Part shown: positions 17,501 to 29,917 of the stretch, piece after piece
Layout of the letters: every line of letters begins with the position of its first letter
Position numbering within the stretch: the first letter of the stretch is position 1
From: Myxococcota bacterium
Lineage (GTDB): Bacteria > Myxococcota_A > UBA9042 > PHBI01 > JAWLBL01
DNA: 43,533 nucleotides
NCBI GenBank assembly: GCA_041687695.1
Contig: JAWLBL010000009.1
Location: 1-43,533 of the forward strand
Direction of reading: 5' to 3'
Notes under the pieces: model-generated
The model's database searches: none
Seen by the model: the letters and a program-made list of their open reading frames with translations, nothing else
Told to the model about the DNA's origin: nothing
Translations under genes and position numbers: made by a program

Positions 17501-20500
17501 GGTCGATGTCGAGCAGGGGCACGCCGGCGGCGGCGACGGTCTCGAGCACGGCCGAGACCAGCCGCGTGACCACGGCCAGGAAGTCGACCTGGCCGTTCTT
17601 GACGAAGCTGGCGGCGAAGGCGGTCAGGTCGGCGACGGCGAGCGGCGCGGTGGGGCCGGCGAGCAGGCCGAAGGCGCTGAGGACCTGGGCCAGGGTCGGC
17701 CCGGTGGTCATCGACGGGATGAGCGAGGTCGTCAGGGCGCGGGTGACGGTGTCGACGCGCAGGGCGAGGTCGGCGAGCAGGGGCCCCAAGAAGGTCAGCC
17801 CCAGCTGGCGCAGCCAGGACTGCCAGGCGAGCGGGGCCGGCGGGGCGGAGGCGGTCGCGCTGACGAGGCCGGGGGACGGCAGGAGCGCGACGGCCGGGAA
17901 GGCGGCGTCTCCGGTCGGCAGACCCGCCGGGTAGAAGGTGAGCGACCAGGCCGGGGCGTCGACGGTGAAGACCAGCGCCGGGCCGAGGTTGACGGGCGGG
18001 ATGCGCGCGGACTCGGGCAGGAGGACCTGCGCCGTGGCCGTGGCCGTGAACGACAGGGCGACCGTGGACGTGCCCAGCCCCGCGGCGCCGACGCCCAGGC
18101 CCGCGGAGACCTGCACCGGGCCGAGGATCACGTTCGGCGTGATGATGACGCCGAGCACGGGATCGCCCGAGTCGGCGACGTTGCCGAAGGCGACGGTGAC
18201 GGTGGCCGCCTGGGTGCCCAGCGTCGGGGTGAAGGCGAGGCGCTGGCCGCCCGGCTCCAAGGTGAAGCCGGTGAGGCCGAAGCCGGGCGCCGCGCCTCCG
18301 GAGGCGTCGGTCGCCGCCTGGCCCGAGGCCGTCTGGCCCGTCAGGAGGGTGTACAGGCCCGGGATGGAGGTCGACAGGTCGGCGACGAGGCGGCTGGCCA
18401 GCCACTGGCCGGCGGCGGCCGGGCTGCGGGCGAACATCAGGACGGCGCCGGCCAGGGCGGTGGTGTCGAAGTCGGCCGTCTTGCTGGTGTAGTCGTCGTT
18501 CGGGTCGACGAGCTTGTCGATGCCGACCGCGTTGGCGGCGAGCTGGAGGCTGGCGACCAGCTCGGAGAGGGCGGCCGGCTTGTTCGGCCAGCTCTGGAAG
18601 GCGTCCCAGGCCTTCTGGGCGACCAGCGGGAACAGGGCCTTGGCGGCGCCCGAGAGGCTGAAGCCGGTGAAGGGGACCAGCGTGATGGCGGGGAACGGTG
18701 TGCCGCCCATCTGGCCCGAGAAGGCGAGGCTGAAGCCGGCGCTGGCCGAGTAGCCGGTGATGACCGTGACCGACGAGCCGGCGAAGGCGCCGGAGGCCGG
18801 GAGCGGGAGGGTCAGCGACAGGGTGCCGGCGGGCTGGACCGGGCCCGCGGGGACGCCGTCGCGGACGGGGACGGTGAGCGAGGCGTCGAGCTGGACCTCG
18901 ACCGGCGGCGCGGGGGCGGGGAGCGTCTCGTCGATGTGGACGGCGAGCACGAGGCCGGCGGTCGCGTCGGCCGCCAGCGAGAGGGTGCTGGTGGCGAAGG
19001 GGAGCCCCGTCAGGACGACGCCGTCGCCGGCCTGGTTGGCGGCCAGGGTGACGCCGGCCGGCCCGACGACCGGCGTCGCGACGAGGCTGGCGAGGAGCTC
19101 GGCGAGGCGCTGGAGGTCGAGGTGGCCCTGGCCGTCGCCGACGACGGCGGGGCTGAGCAGCCACTCGGTCGGATGCATGAAGAGGCCGACCAGCGAGGCG
19201 GCGCGGGGCGTGCCTCCGCCCAGCGGGGTCGTCGTGAGGCCGAGCGCGCCGAGGAGGGTGCGCGCGAAGGGGCTCGAGGGCAGGACGACCGCGTCGAGGA
19301 GGCCGGTGGTCGCGGTCGCCAGGACGAAGAGCGGGACCGTGCGGCCGAAGAGGGCCTGGACGCTTTGCCCGTAGGGGGTCGAGCCGTCGAACGGCGACGG
19401 GAGGCCGCACAGGGGGATGGGATCGAAGGGGGCCGGGGTGGTCGGATCGGGGGGCGAGGTCAGGGCGAGCGACCAGGTGGCGGTCGGCTGCGAGCCGGTG
19501 TCGAGCCCGAGGCCGATGGCCGCGGTGAGGCCGGCGCCGAAGACCGTGGACCACAGCGTCGCGGTGGCGCCGAAGGTGAGCGCCTTGAGGTCGACGGTGA
19601 ACGCCGGCGCGAAGCGGAGCACGTCGGCGAAGGCGAGCGGCTGGGCGAAGTCGAGCGTGACCTGGTTGCCGTTGGTCACCGTGAGCCGGAGGCCCCAGGG
19701 CAGCGGCGGCAGGGCGGTGGGCGTGGCGACCGCCTGCAGCTCGGTGACGACCTGGGCGAGGCGCGCGGGGTCGGTGAAGAGGGCCCCGAGCTGGTCCTCG
19801 AGGTAGGTGACCGGGTGGCTCCAGAGGTCGAGCCAGCGCTGGATGACGACGGCGTGTTTGCCGCCCGAGGTCTCGGTGAGGAGGCCGACCGCCTCGAGCA
19901 GCACGGACAGGGCGGCGAGGCCGGGCGGGAGCTGGAAGGTGCGGATGCCCAGCAGGACCTGCAGGTCGGCCATGAAGGCGGCCTGCCGCTCGGGGTCGGC
20001 GAGCACGGGGGCGAGGGTCGCCTGAAGGGCGCCGTAGGGGTCGGCGACGAGGGCCTGGAAGCCCGAGGCGCTGACGGCCTGGGGCGCGCCGGAGGTGTCG
20101 GTCGTCACCAGGCCCAGGTCGGCGAGCAGGGAGAGCGCGGCCTGCAGCGGCGTGTCGGGGGCGCCGGCGTCCAGGGTCTGGACCTGGCCGGTCAGCCAGA
20201 CCATGAAGGCGCCGAGCGTGTCGGAGACCAGCTGCAGGGCCTGCGTGTCCGTCGGCGGGATCGACAGGACGATGGGCTGAGTCTGCCCGGACAGGTCGAA
20301 GGAGACGGTGGGCGTCAGCACGCCCGAGGTGTCGAGGCCGCCGCCGAGGACGGCGCGTGTGACCGTCGCGCCGGTGGGCAGGGCGGCCAGGGCGTCGCCG
20401 CTGGCGGGGGTGAAGGTGCCCTCGAGGGTGAACAGGGGGATCGCGCCGTCGGGCTGCCCCTGCGCCCCGGGCAGCGCCAGGCGGGCGACGTCGGCGCGGG

Positions 20501-23444
20501 CGACGGTCTGGAACGCGATGGGGCCCAGGGTCGCCGAGACGACGCGCTGCAGGCCGAAGCCGAGCCAGCCGGGCGCGCCGTCCGTCGACGGGTCGCTCCA
20601 GAGCAGGGCCTCGACGTCGAAGACCTGCGGGAACGCCATCCGGTACGGGTCCTCGCGGTCCCCGGCGGGCGCGGTGGCTGGGGAGTTGGCGCCCAGCGCC
20701 CAGGCGACCAGCTCGACGGCGGTCGCCGCGTAGGCGGGCTTGGCGAAGAGCGCGGACAGCTGGCCGACCAGGAGGTCCCACGGGCCCTGGAAGAAGGCCT
20801 GCCCGTCGGTGACCACGATGGTCGGCCACTGCGCGTCGGGCAGCTTGCACGGGAGCTGACCGGCCGGAGCGCTTTCGAAGTAGTCGTACAGATCCGGCAG
20901 CAGGCCGAGCACGGTGGCCGCCGCGACGCCGAACGAGCCGCCGAGCTGCAGCAGGAAGGCGCCCGCCAGGTAGACCAGCGGCTGCGCGAGCTGGGCGAGC
21001 GCCTGTCCGGCCGCCGTCTCGGGCGTGAAGATGAAGGCCAGGTCGCCCAGGGCGATGGGCCCGGCCAGGCGCGCCGAGGAGAGCGTGACCTGGCGCGCGG
21101 TGACGCCGACGTACCAGCTGGAGGCCCGGGTCCAGCCGCCGCTGGCGACCAGCGCCGACGACGCGACGGTCAGGCCGGCGACCGCGAAGGACAGGGCCGA
21201 GGCGTCGTCGCCCGAGGTGGGCGGGGCGACCTCGATGCGGGCCTCGGCCCCCGGCACCCAGACCGCGCCCAGGCCGCCGCCGGCCGCGTCGGGCAGGTGC
21301 ACGGCCACGAGGCCGACCGAGGTGGACGTGGTGAGGGTGTCGCCGCCGACGTCGAGCTGGAAGCTGCCGGTGACGCCGAGCTGCAGGTCGGCGGGGGAGG
21401 CGCTGAAGGCCGTGAGCGAGAGCGTCACGCCGCCGGAGGCGAAGAGCGGGGTCGACCAGGGGTCGAGCTGGGTCCCGGCGCCCGAGGTCGAGGCGCCGGT
21501 CCATCCGAAGACCTGCGCGAGGCCGCCGACCAGGGCGACGAAGGGCGCAGGGCCGGTCTGCGGCGCGACCAGGCTGTCGCGGAAGTAGGCGGCCAGCCAG
21601 CCGGTCGGGGAGGCCAGGAGGCGATCGAGGGCGGCGGCGTCGAGCGTGCCGTCCGCCGAGAGCAGGGTCTGGAGGGGCCACGCGCTCTGGCCGGGCGGCG
21701 GGACGATGCCGAGCGCGGCGGCGAGCGCGGCCGGAGCGCCTGAGGTGACGCCGGCCTCGAAGCCGAAGAACTTCTGCAGCTGGGCGAGCGCCTCCTGGGC
21801 CAGGATCTGCTCGCCGACCTGGATCACCTGCGCGACGTTGGTCAGGTCGATGATGGCCCACGACCCGGCCGCCGAGGTCAGGTTGGTCAGCTGGACGGTC
21901 GGGGTCACGGCGCCGAGGGCGCGCTGGTAGGCGAAGCCGGCCTGGAAGGCGCCGATCTGGAAGGTGGCGTCGGCCGCGGCCGGGTCGGGGACCGAGACGA
22001 GCGGCTTGGACGGCTCCTGGTTGCCGAGGGCGACCGAGCAGGACAGGGTCGGGAACAGGGCCAGCCCGCCCTGGCCGTCGAGGGCCAGATCGAGGACGTC
22101 GGCGTGGGCGCTGGCGACGACCACGGGGACGGTGGTGGTCCAGGTCCCCGGGAGAGCGGCGCCGCCGAAGGCGACGGAGAGTCCGGGGACGAGGTGGGAG
22201 ACGCCGTCGGCGTCGACGTCGGACCAGGCGGTCAGGTCGACCTCGAGCGGGACCTGTTGGGCTCCGATGGCGATCGTGGTGTGAAACAGGGGCAGGGCGT
22301 AGGGCGAGGCCGAGGTGCCGCGTCCGGAGACGACGGCGCCGCCTTCGCGTCCAGACTGGCCTCGGAAGGCGTCGCCGAGGGTCTCGAGCCAGCCGGCCAG
22401 CGCGTTCGGAGTGGTCACGAGCGCGCTCGCCCAGGCGAGGAAGGCGCGCTTGGCGTTCTGCGCTCGGTCGGCCGCCGAGTCGCCGAGGCTCGCGACGAGC
22501 GACCAGTCGAGCGCCGGCAGGTCGCCGGCGACGCCGAGCAGCGCGAGGGCGTCCGTGAGCAAGGCCTGCACGCGCGCCTGCGTCTCGGGCGCGACGTGGC
22601 GGAGCACCTGGGCGGCTACGACGTTGAGGCCGGCGGCGATCCAGGTCGAGGCGCCGAGCGCCTGCAGATCCGAGAGCGAGTAGTTGCCGGTCGGCTGCCC
22701 GGGCAGGGTCAGGTTGACGAAGACGAGTTCGAAGGTGGGCAGCGCGCCGGTGAACGACACGCGGGCCGCGAACTGCAGGCCGTCGAACGAGACGGCGCCC
22801 GAGCCGAACAGGCCGGCGGCGCCTTGCAGCGTGACGCCCAGCTCGAGCGGGTGGTCCTGGTCGCCGATGACGAAGGAGACCGGCGGGCTGGCCTTGCCGT
22901 CCACCTGGACGAGCGGGACCGACACGTAGGGCGTGATGGTCAGGCCGTCCGTGTCGGGGTCGACCGAGGGGGCGATGGTGAAGGCGCGGTTGACGCCCAG
23001 GCCGAAGACGGTGCCGGGTGTCGAGGGCTGCGGGCTCGCGGCGACGATGTAGAAGGGGGACGGGCGGTTGGCGCCGGCCGCGCCGCCGGTCACCGGGAGC
23101 GGCAGGTTGTACCAGAGCGCGCCGTCGAAGGCCTGCGGCACCCCCAGGGTCTGGCCGGCCGCCGAGCCGATGATCTGAGTGAGCAGCGAGAGCGCCTGCT
23201 GGACGTCGATGTCGGCGAACCCGGGGGAGCGGGTGCCGTCGCCTCGGGTCCAGCCGCGGGGGTCCTCGAACCACGCGAAGTTCACTGCGAAGCGCGAAGC
23301 GTCGTCCGGGTCGGGCACGATGAGGCCGATGAGCCGGCCGATCGCGAGGGCGAGCGGCGCCAGATCGCCGGCGTCGAACGTGAGCTGTGGCGCGGCGACG
23401 TTCGGGGTGGCGGTCGCGTCGGGCGTGAACACGGACGAGCCCAT
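14502..23444 (-). CDS. Giant (~2980 aa) DUF6603-domain protein
   Basis: The region around 15420-16810 (W.PIQRQLGPL...PIGGPPSFFITG.ALGFGFNS.L..P...LTGGFAFYLWF...GEFVLTLGGYHP.F..P..YP...ALTPHAAMAG...W.PFYF) matches the DUF6603 pattern as I recall it. Start MGSSVF at 23444 with a GAGGAG RBS. Confidence 0.8.
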   Translation of the reverse strand: MGSSVFTPDATATPNVAAPQLTFDAGDLAPLALAIGRLIGLIVPDPDDASRFAVNFAWFEDPRGWTRGDGTRSPGFADIDVQQALSLLTQIIGSAAGQTLGVPQAFDGALWYNLPLPVTGGAAGANRPSPFYIVAASPQPSTPGTVFGLGVNRAFTIAPSVDPDTDGLTITPYVSVPLVQVDGKASPPVSFVIGDQDHPLELGVTLQGAAGLFGSGAVSFDGLQFAARVSFTGALPTFELVFVNLTLPGQPTGNYSLSDLQALGASTWIAAGLNVVAAQVLRHVAPETQARVQALLTDALALLGVAGDLPALDWSLVASLGDSAADRAQNAKRAFLAWASALVTTPNALAGWLETLGDAFRGQSGREGGAVVSGRGTSASPYALPLFHTTIAIGAQQVPLEVDLTAWSDVDADGVSHLVPGLSVAFGGAALPGTWTTTVPVVVASAHADVLDLALDGQGGLALFPTLSCSVALGNQEPSKPLVSVPDPAAADATFQIGAFQAGFAYQRALGAVTPTVQLTNLTSAAGSWAIIDLTNVAQVIQVGEQILAQEALAQLQKFFGFEAGVTSGAPAALAAALGIVPPPGQSAWPLQTLLSADGTLDAAALDRLLASPTGWLAAYFRDSLVAPQTGPAPFVALVGGLAQVFGWTGASTSGAGTQLDPWSTPLFASGGVTLSLTAFSASPADLQLGVTGSFQLDVGGDTLTTSTSVGLVAVHLPDAAGGGLGAVWVPGAEARIEVAPPTSGDDASALSFAVAGLTVASSALVASGGWTRASSWYVGVTARQVTLSSARLAGPIALGDLAFIFTPETAAGQALAQLAQPLVYLAGAFLLQLGGSFGVAAATVLGLLPDLYDYFESAPAGQLPCKLPDAQWPTIVVTDGQAFFQGPWDLLVGQLSALFAKPAYAATAVELVAWALGANSPATAPAGDREDPYRMAFPQVFDVEALLWSDPSTDGAPGWLGFGLQRVVSATLGPIAFQTVARADVARLALPGAQGQPDGAIPLFTLEGTFTPASGDALAALPTGATVTRAVLGGGLDTSGVLTPTVSFDLSGQTQPIVLSIPPTDTQALQLVSDTLGAFMVWLTGQVQTLDAGAPDTPLQAALSLLADLGLVTTDTSGAPQAVSASGFQALVADPYGALQATLAPVLADPERQAAFMADLQVLLGIRTFQLPPGLAALSVLLEAVGLLTETSGGKHAVVIQRWLDLWSHPVTYLEDQLGALFTDPARLAQVVTELQAVATPTALPPLPWGLRLTVTNGNQVTLDFAQPLAFADVLRFAPAFTVDLKALTFGATATLWSTVFGAGLTAAIGLGLDTGSQPTATWSLALTSPPDPTTPAPFDPIPLCGLPSPFDGSTPYGQSVQALFGRTVPLFVLATATTGLLDAVVLPSSPFARTLLGALGLTTTPLGGGTPRAASLVGLFMHPTEWLLSPAVVGDGQGHLDLQRLAELLASLVATPVVGPAGVTLAANQAGDGVVLTGLPFATSTLSLAADATAGLVLAVHIDETLPAPAPPVEVQLDASLTVPVRDGVPAGPVQPAGTLSLTLPLPASGAFAGSSVTVITGYSASAGFSLAFSGQMGGTPFPAITLVPFTGFSLSGAAKALFPLVAQKAWDAFQSWPNKPAALSELVASLQLAANAVGIDKLVDPNDDYTSKTADFDTTALAGAVLMFARSPAAAGQWLASRLVADLSTSIPGLYTLLTGQTASGQAATDASGGAAPGFGLTGFTLEPGGQRLAFTPTLGTQAATVTVAFGNVADSGDPVLGVIITPNVILGPVQVSAGLGVGAAGLGTSTVALSFTATATAQVLLPESARIPPVNLGPALVFTVDAPAWSLTFYPAGLPTGDAAFPAVALLPSPGLVSATASAPPAPLAWQSWLRQLGLTFLGPLLADLALRVDTVTRALTTSLIPSMTTGPTLAQVLSAFGLLAGPTAPLAVADLTAFAASFVKNGQVDFLAVVTRLVSAVLETVAAAGVPLLDIDHTSDPNNPYRILVTLAGTKAGDGSGTDYALDLTVRDLSLTQPGAWPGIVLQVGAWQSADASPYWIAETAKVGFQPPNATPTQPGILIDLVKVVTDAQGAPTQLSFAPALTLASVGVDVRGTGNGPLVSKAGFALGSIQPRVYFYADATPAVWLGASIELDDLSLPLAGSGPPAAGSNPIANNLMGSALGSDTPNPAFSGAVSYVAQLAGAGSPAGNFHLALHGDGDGDTPDQLWIPIQRQLGPLYCRALGVGWAGGASPPSTGHLLLGFDGQVAVGPLQMDVVQLDIGLPVTHMGDVSAYTLDLAGLDVAFEGGSVTIGGGLVKQTLTISGKSVTAYDGMLTVAAGAFGISAAGQYAELDGSPSFFVYGVVDAPIGGPPSFFITGGALGFGFNSQLHLPQPDAVAAFPLVAWANDPHSAPTDIATAFTKLATPSLGDYWLAAGLRFTTYEMLQSFGMLVATFGRELIVSLMGTSSLTVPVAVGGKSSVPTAIAQVTLQFSVTFMPDRGEVAVGASLTPDSWLLAPDVHLTGGFAFYLWFDPGRGLPPNPHAGEFVLTLGGYHPAFQPPSYYPSVDRVGYHWQPDDSIQLRGGCYFALTPHAAMAGFDQSLTFSAGPLAAWFDARADFIVWWKPFYFVGDISISIGASLRVDLLFVHHTFKVEMGASLRLYGPPIGGRVRVDWYILSFSIGFGASENPNAPLADWSQFDQSFLPQTSATTPGGALAALGDDDAPAPNSASVVTASVATGLLGNAAGAQGSDPNGGWIVDPGAFSIVARSVVPASELTTNDNPDHSQSDAKVVATNASPLVVVPMSKAALTSPLDVTLIFDDAPYSTEFLVATPATSSVPDSLWSPDASATVPASGSAGVTQALTSLTLTPMPQAQRVTLVDHLPSFPQARLAQGDDWPVPVTWDEVTPAPPPTAPAPTSTAALEALQAALAPAAPATSRRASLFAALATGSSQLVTDPATPVMRQFAPSLLQAAPSLVTTGGELPPIPAS

Positions 23445-23685
23445 GCGCGCTCCTCGGGCACGAGGTGGGGTGCGACGCCGCCCCAACGCAGCGGACTACG
23501 TCTTCGACGTCACTCGGGTCGGTAGTGATGGATGAGCGCGCCCACCATGCACGACCCACCGCGGTCTCGCAACCGCGGCCCCCGACGCCCCGTCCCGCGC
23601 CCTGCAGCGCAGCAACGCGCTCTACTTTCAGTCCGTTGCGCGACGCACGCGGCGCTCCGGACACCCGCGCCCAGCCCGCGCTGTT

Positions 23686-23720
23686 AGAACGTGAAATACC
23701 GGCAGAACGTGAAATTCCGG
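23686..23720. promoter_or_regulatory. 17-bp direct repeat AGAACGTGAAATWCCGG x2, candidate transcription-factor site
   Basis: Copies at 23686 and 23704 with one mismatch. AT-rich island about 240 bp upstream of the operon. Confidence 0.45.
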
Positions 23721-23926
23721 ATGGCGATGTCCGGAGACCACGCGCCCCCGTCCACGTCGCATGCGGCACGGCCTGGCCGCGTGCGCGCGGCCCACCCGCC
23801 CGACCTGGGCGGGCGTGGACCCCGGCCCCTCCGCCGAGGTCCACGCCCGCTGGTCGCACCGCCCCCCCTCATGGTCGGTGTTCGCGTGCGCGCGGCGGGG
23901 CCCGCACCCTCGCCGCGCGCTCGGGC

Positions 23927-24283
23927 TCAGGCGTGGCCGTGCTGCCCGCTAGAGCCGCCCCGCTGCTTGCCCCTGCCCTGGCGGCCGCGCTCCCCGACGT
24001 CGACGCTGTCGCGGCTGACGAGCTTGTTGAAGCGGCTGTCGCCCGTGTCCTGGTACAGGAACGCCAGCTGGTTGGCCTCGAAGCTGTCGAAGAACTCGTC
24101 CCACGAGATCTTCTCGAGCGTGTCGACGCCGCTGAAGCCGGTGAAGTCGATCCGCAGGATGCCCGGGTCGCCCTTGCCGCCGCTGCCCTTGACGTGCGCC
24201 GGACAGCCCCCGCGGGCCTCGACCCACTCGCGAATCGTCTCGTGATCGATCGTCGCCTTGGCGCTTCGCTCGCTGCGTGCCAT
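23927..24283 (-). CDS. Conserved small hypothetical protein (T.DH..IR.W.E.RGG.PA family)
   Basis: Recognisable motif TIDHETIREWVEARGG.PA...GILRIDF...ISWDEFF..FE...LAFLYQ. AGGAGG RBS. Confidence 0.8.
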   Translation of the reverse strand: MARSERSAKATIDHETIREWVEARGGCPAHVKGSGGKGDPGILRIDFTGFSGVDTLEKISWDEFFDSFEANQLAFLYQDTGDSRFNKLVSRDSVDVGERGRQGRGKQRGGSSGQHGHA

Positions 24284-24427
24284 CGGGGCCTCCTGTCCGC
24301 CTCTTTCAAGGAAACCCTAGTCGCAACGGCTACTTACACAACCGCTTGACCGGGCGCCGGGCGGATCGAGGGGCGGGCGCTCGCGCGGCTCGACGCGCGC
24401 GAACCGCGGCCGCCCCGCCCCACGGGC

Positions 24428-27208
<2,781 letters not shown>

Positions 27209-27325
27209 GCTGACCACGGCGCGGACGGTAGGCGGCGCCGGGACGCCGCGCAACATCGTGCGCTGCTCGGACGTTCAGGCCGGCGGCGCCCCCCACGAGT
27301 CCGTGGAAGGCCCGCTGGCTACGCC

Positions 27326-28984
<1,659 letters not shown>

Positions 28985-29056
28985 TCAGCCGGGTCGGCTA
29001 GCGGAAAACCCGTGAAGTTCGGGTAGGTTCCAAGCGATTGACCCGGAGGTCGCGCC

Positions 29057-29085
29057 AAGATACTGACGCCCCCCCGGCCTGTCAA
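29057..29085 (-). promoter_or_regulatory. sigma70 promoter TTGACA-17-TATCTT for pyrG
   Basis: Perfect -35 and canonical spacing, about 110 nt upstream of the ATG. Confidence 0.7.
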
Positions 29086-29143
29086 CGAGGACCTTTCCCC
29101 CGGCCCGCGCCCCGCCCGCCTTCGCGCGCGGTCCCTCGGCCCC

Positions 29144-29917
29144 TCACAGGCCCTTGCGCTCGGCGGCCAGCTCGGCCTCGGACTTGCGCACGTACGCCGG
29201 GTCCAGGGGCGCGCCCTCGGCGGGCCGGCCGGCCGCCTCCCACTCACGCAGGGCCACCGCGGCCACATGCCGCGCCGGAAGCACGTGCCAGTGGGGCGGC
29301 GCCGCCCGGACGCACCCGTACGCCAGCGCGCCCGACCCGAAGACGTGCAGCGGCGCGTCCGTCACCTCGCGCACCGCGGCCAGCAGCGCGTCCGCCGGCG
29401 CCACGCGGGCCGGCAGCAGGGGCTCGACCGGCCCCTGGGCCGGGACCCGGTAGGCGGCCCCGTAGACCTCGCCCTTGCGCGCGTCGATGAGCGGCACCGC
29501 CACCCCCGGCGCGCCCGCGGCGTTCAGGGCCAGCGCGTCCAGGCTGCCGACCTGCCACACCGGCACACCCAGCCCCATCGACAGCCCCACCGCCGTCGCC
29601 ATCGCCACGCGCACGCCGGTGAACCCGCCCGGCCCGCGCCCGACCGCCACCAGGCCCAGCTGCTCGCGCGTCACGCCCTGCCGCGCCAGCAGCTCCTCGA
29701 GCAACGACAGGACGACGTCCGAGTGGTGGACGCCGCGGTAGCTCGTGACCTCCTCGAGCAGGCGCCACTCGCCCTCGGGCCGCCCGACCTCCTCGGGCAC
29801 GCGCACCAGCGCCGCGGTCACGTGCTCGCCCCCGCTGTCGAGCGCGAACACCACCGGCCCCTGCGGCCCGGTCGGCGCCTTGGCCCGCCGCGTCGGCTTC
29901 CCTCCGGGCCCGGTCAC
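29144..29917 (-). CDS. tsaB: tRNA threonylcarbamoyladenosine biosynthesis protein TsaB
   Basis: ALDS, HS..L, VGRGPGGFTGVR, IDARKGEVY, P.YVR.SEAE. GTG start overlaps the rseP stop (GTGA). Confidence 0.92.
   Translation of the reverse strand: MTGPGGKPTRRAKAPTGPQGPVVFALDSGGEHVTAALVRVPEEVGRPEGEWRLLEEVTSYRGVHHSDVVLSLLEELLARQGVTREQLGLVAVGRGPGGFTGVRVAMATAVGLSMGLGVPVWQVGSLDALALNAAGAPGVAVPLIDARKGEVYGAAYRVPAQGPVEPLLPARVAPADALLAAVREVTDAPLHVFGSGALAYGCVRAAPPHWHVLPARHVAAVALREWEAAGRPAEGAPLDPAYVRKSEAELAAERKGL

Noticed and set aside
4374..23444. Identification as eCIS/T6SS, Tc toxin or RHS locus
   Set aside because: No recognisable sheath, tube, baseplate, VgrG/PAAR, SpvB or YD-repeat motifs; any analogy is functional only.
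23569..23583. sigma54 promoter for the giant operon (GG-N8-TTGC on the minus strand)
   Set aside because: Lacks the TGGCAC context and is likely by chance in GC-rich DNA.
14490..23859. Huge ORFs of 2417 aa (+) and 2902 aa (-), plus 1870 aa at 7800-13412 and 1436 aa at 24716-29026
   Set aside because: Antisense or alternate-frame shadows of real genes in very GC-rich DNA: low-complexity Arg/Gly/Pro translations with no motifs.
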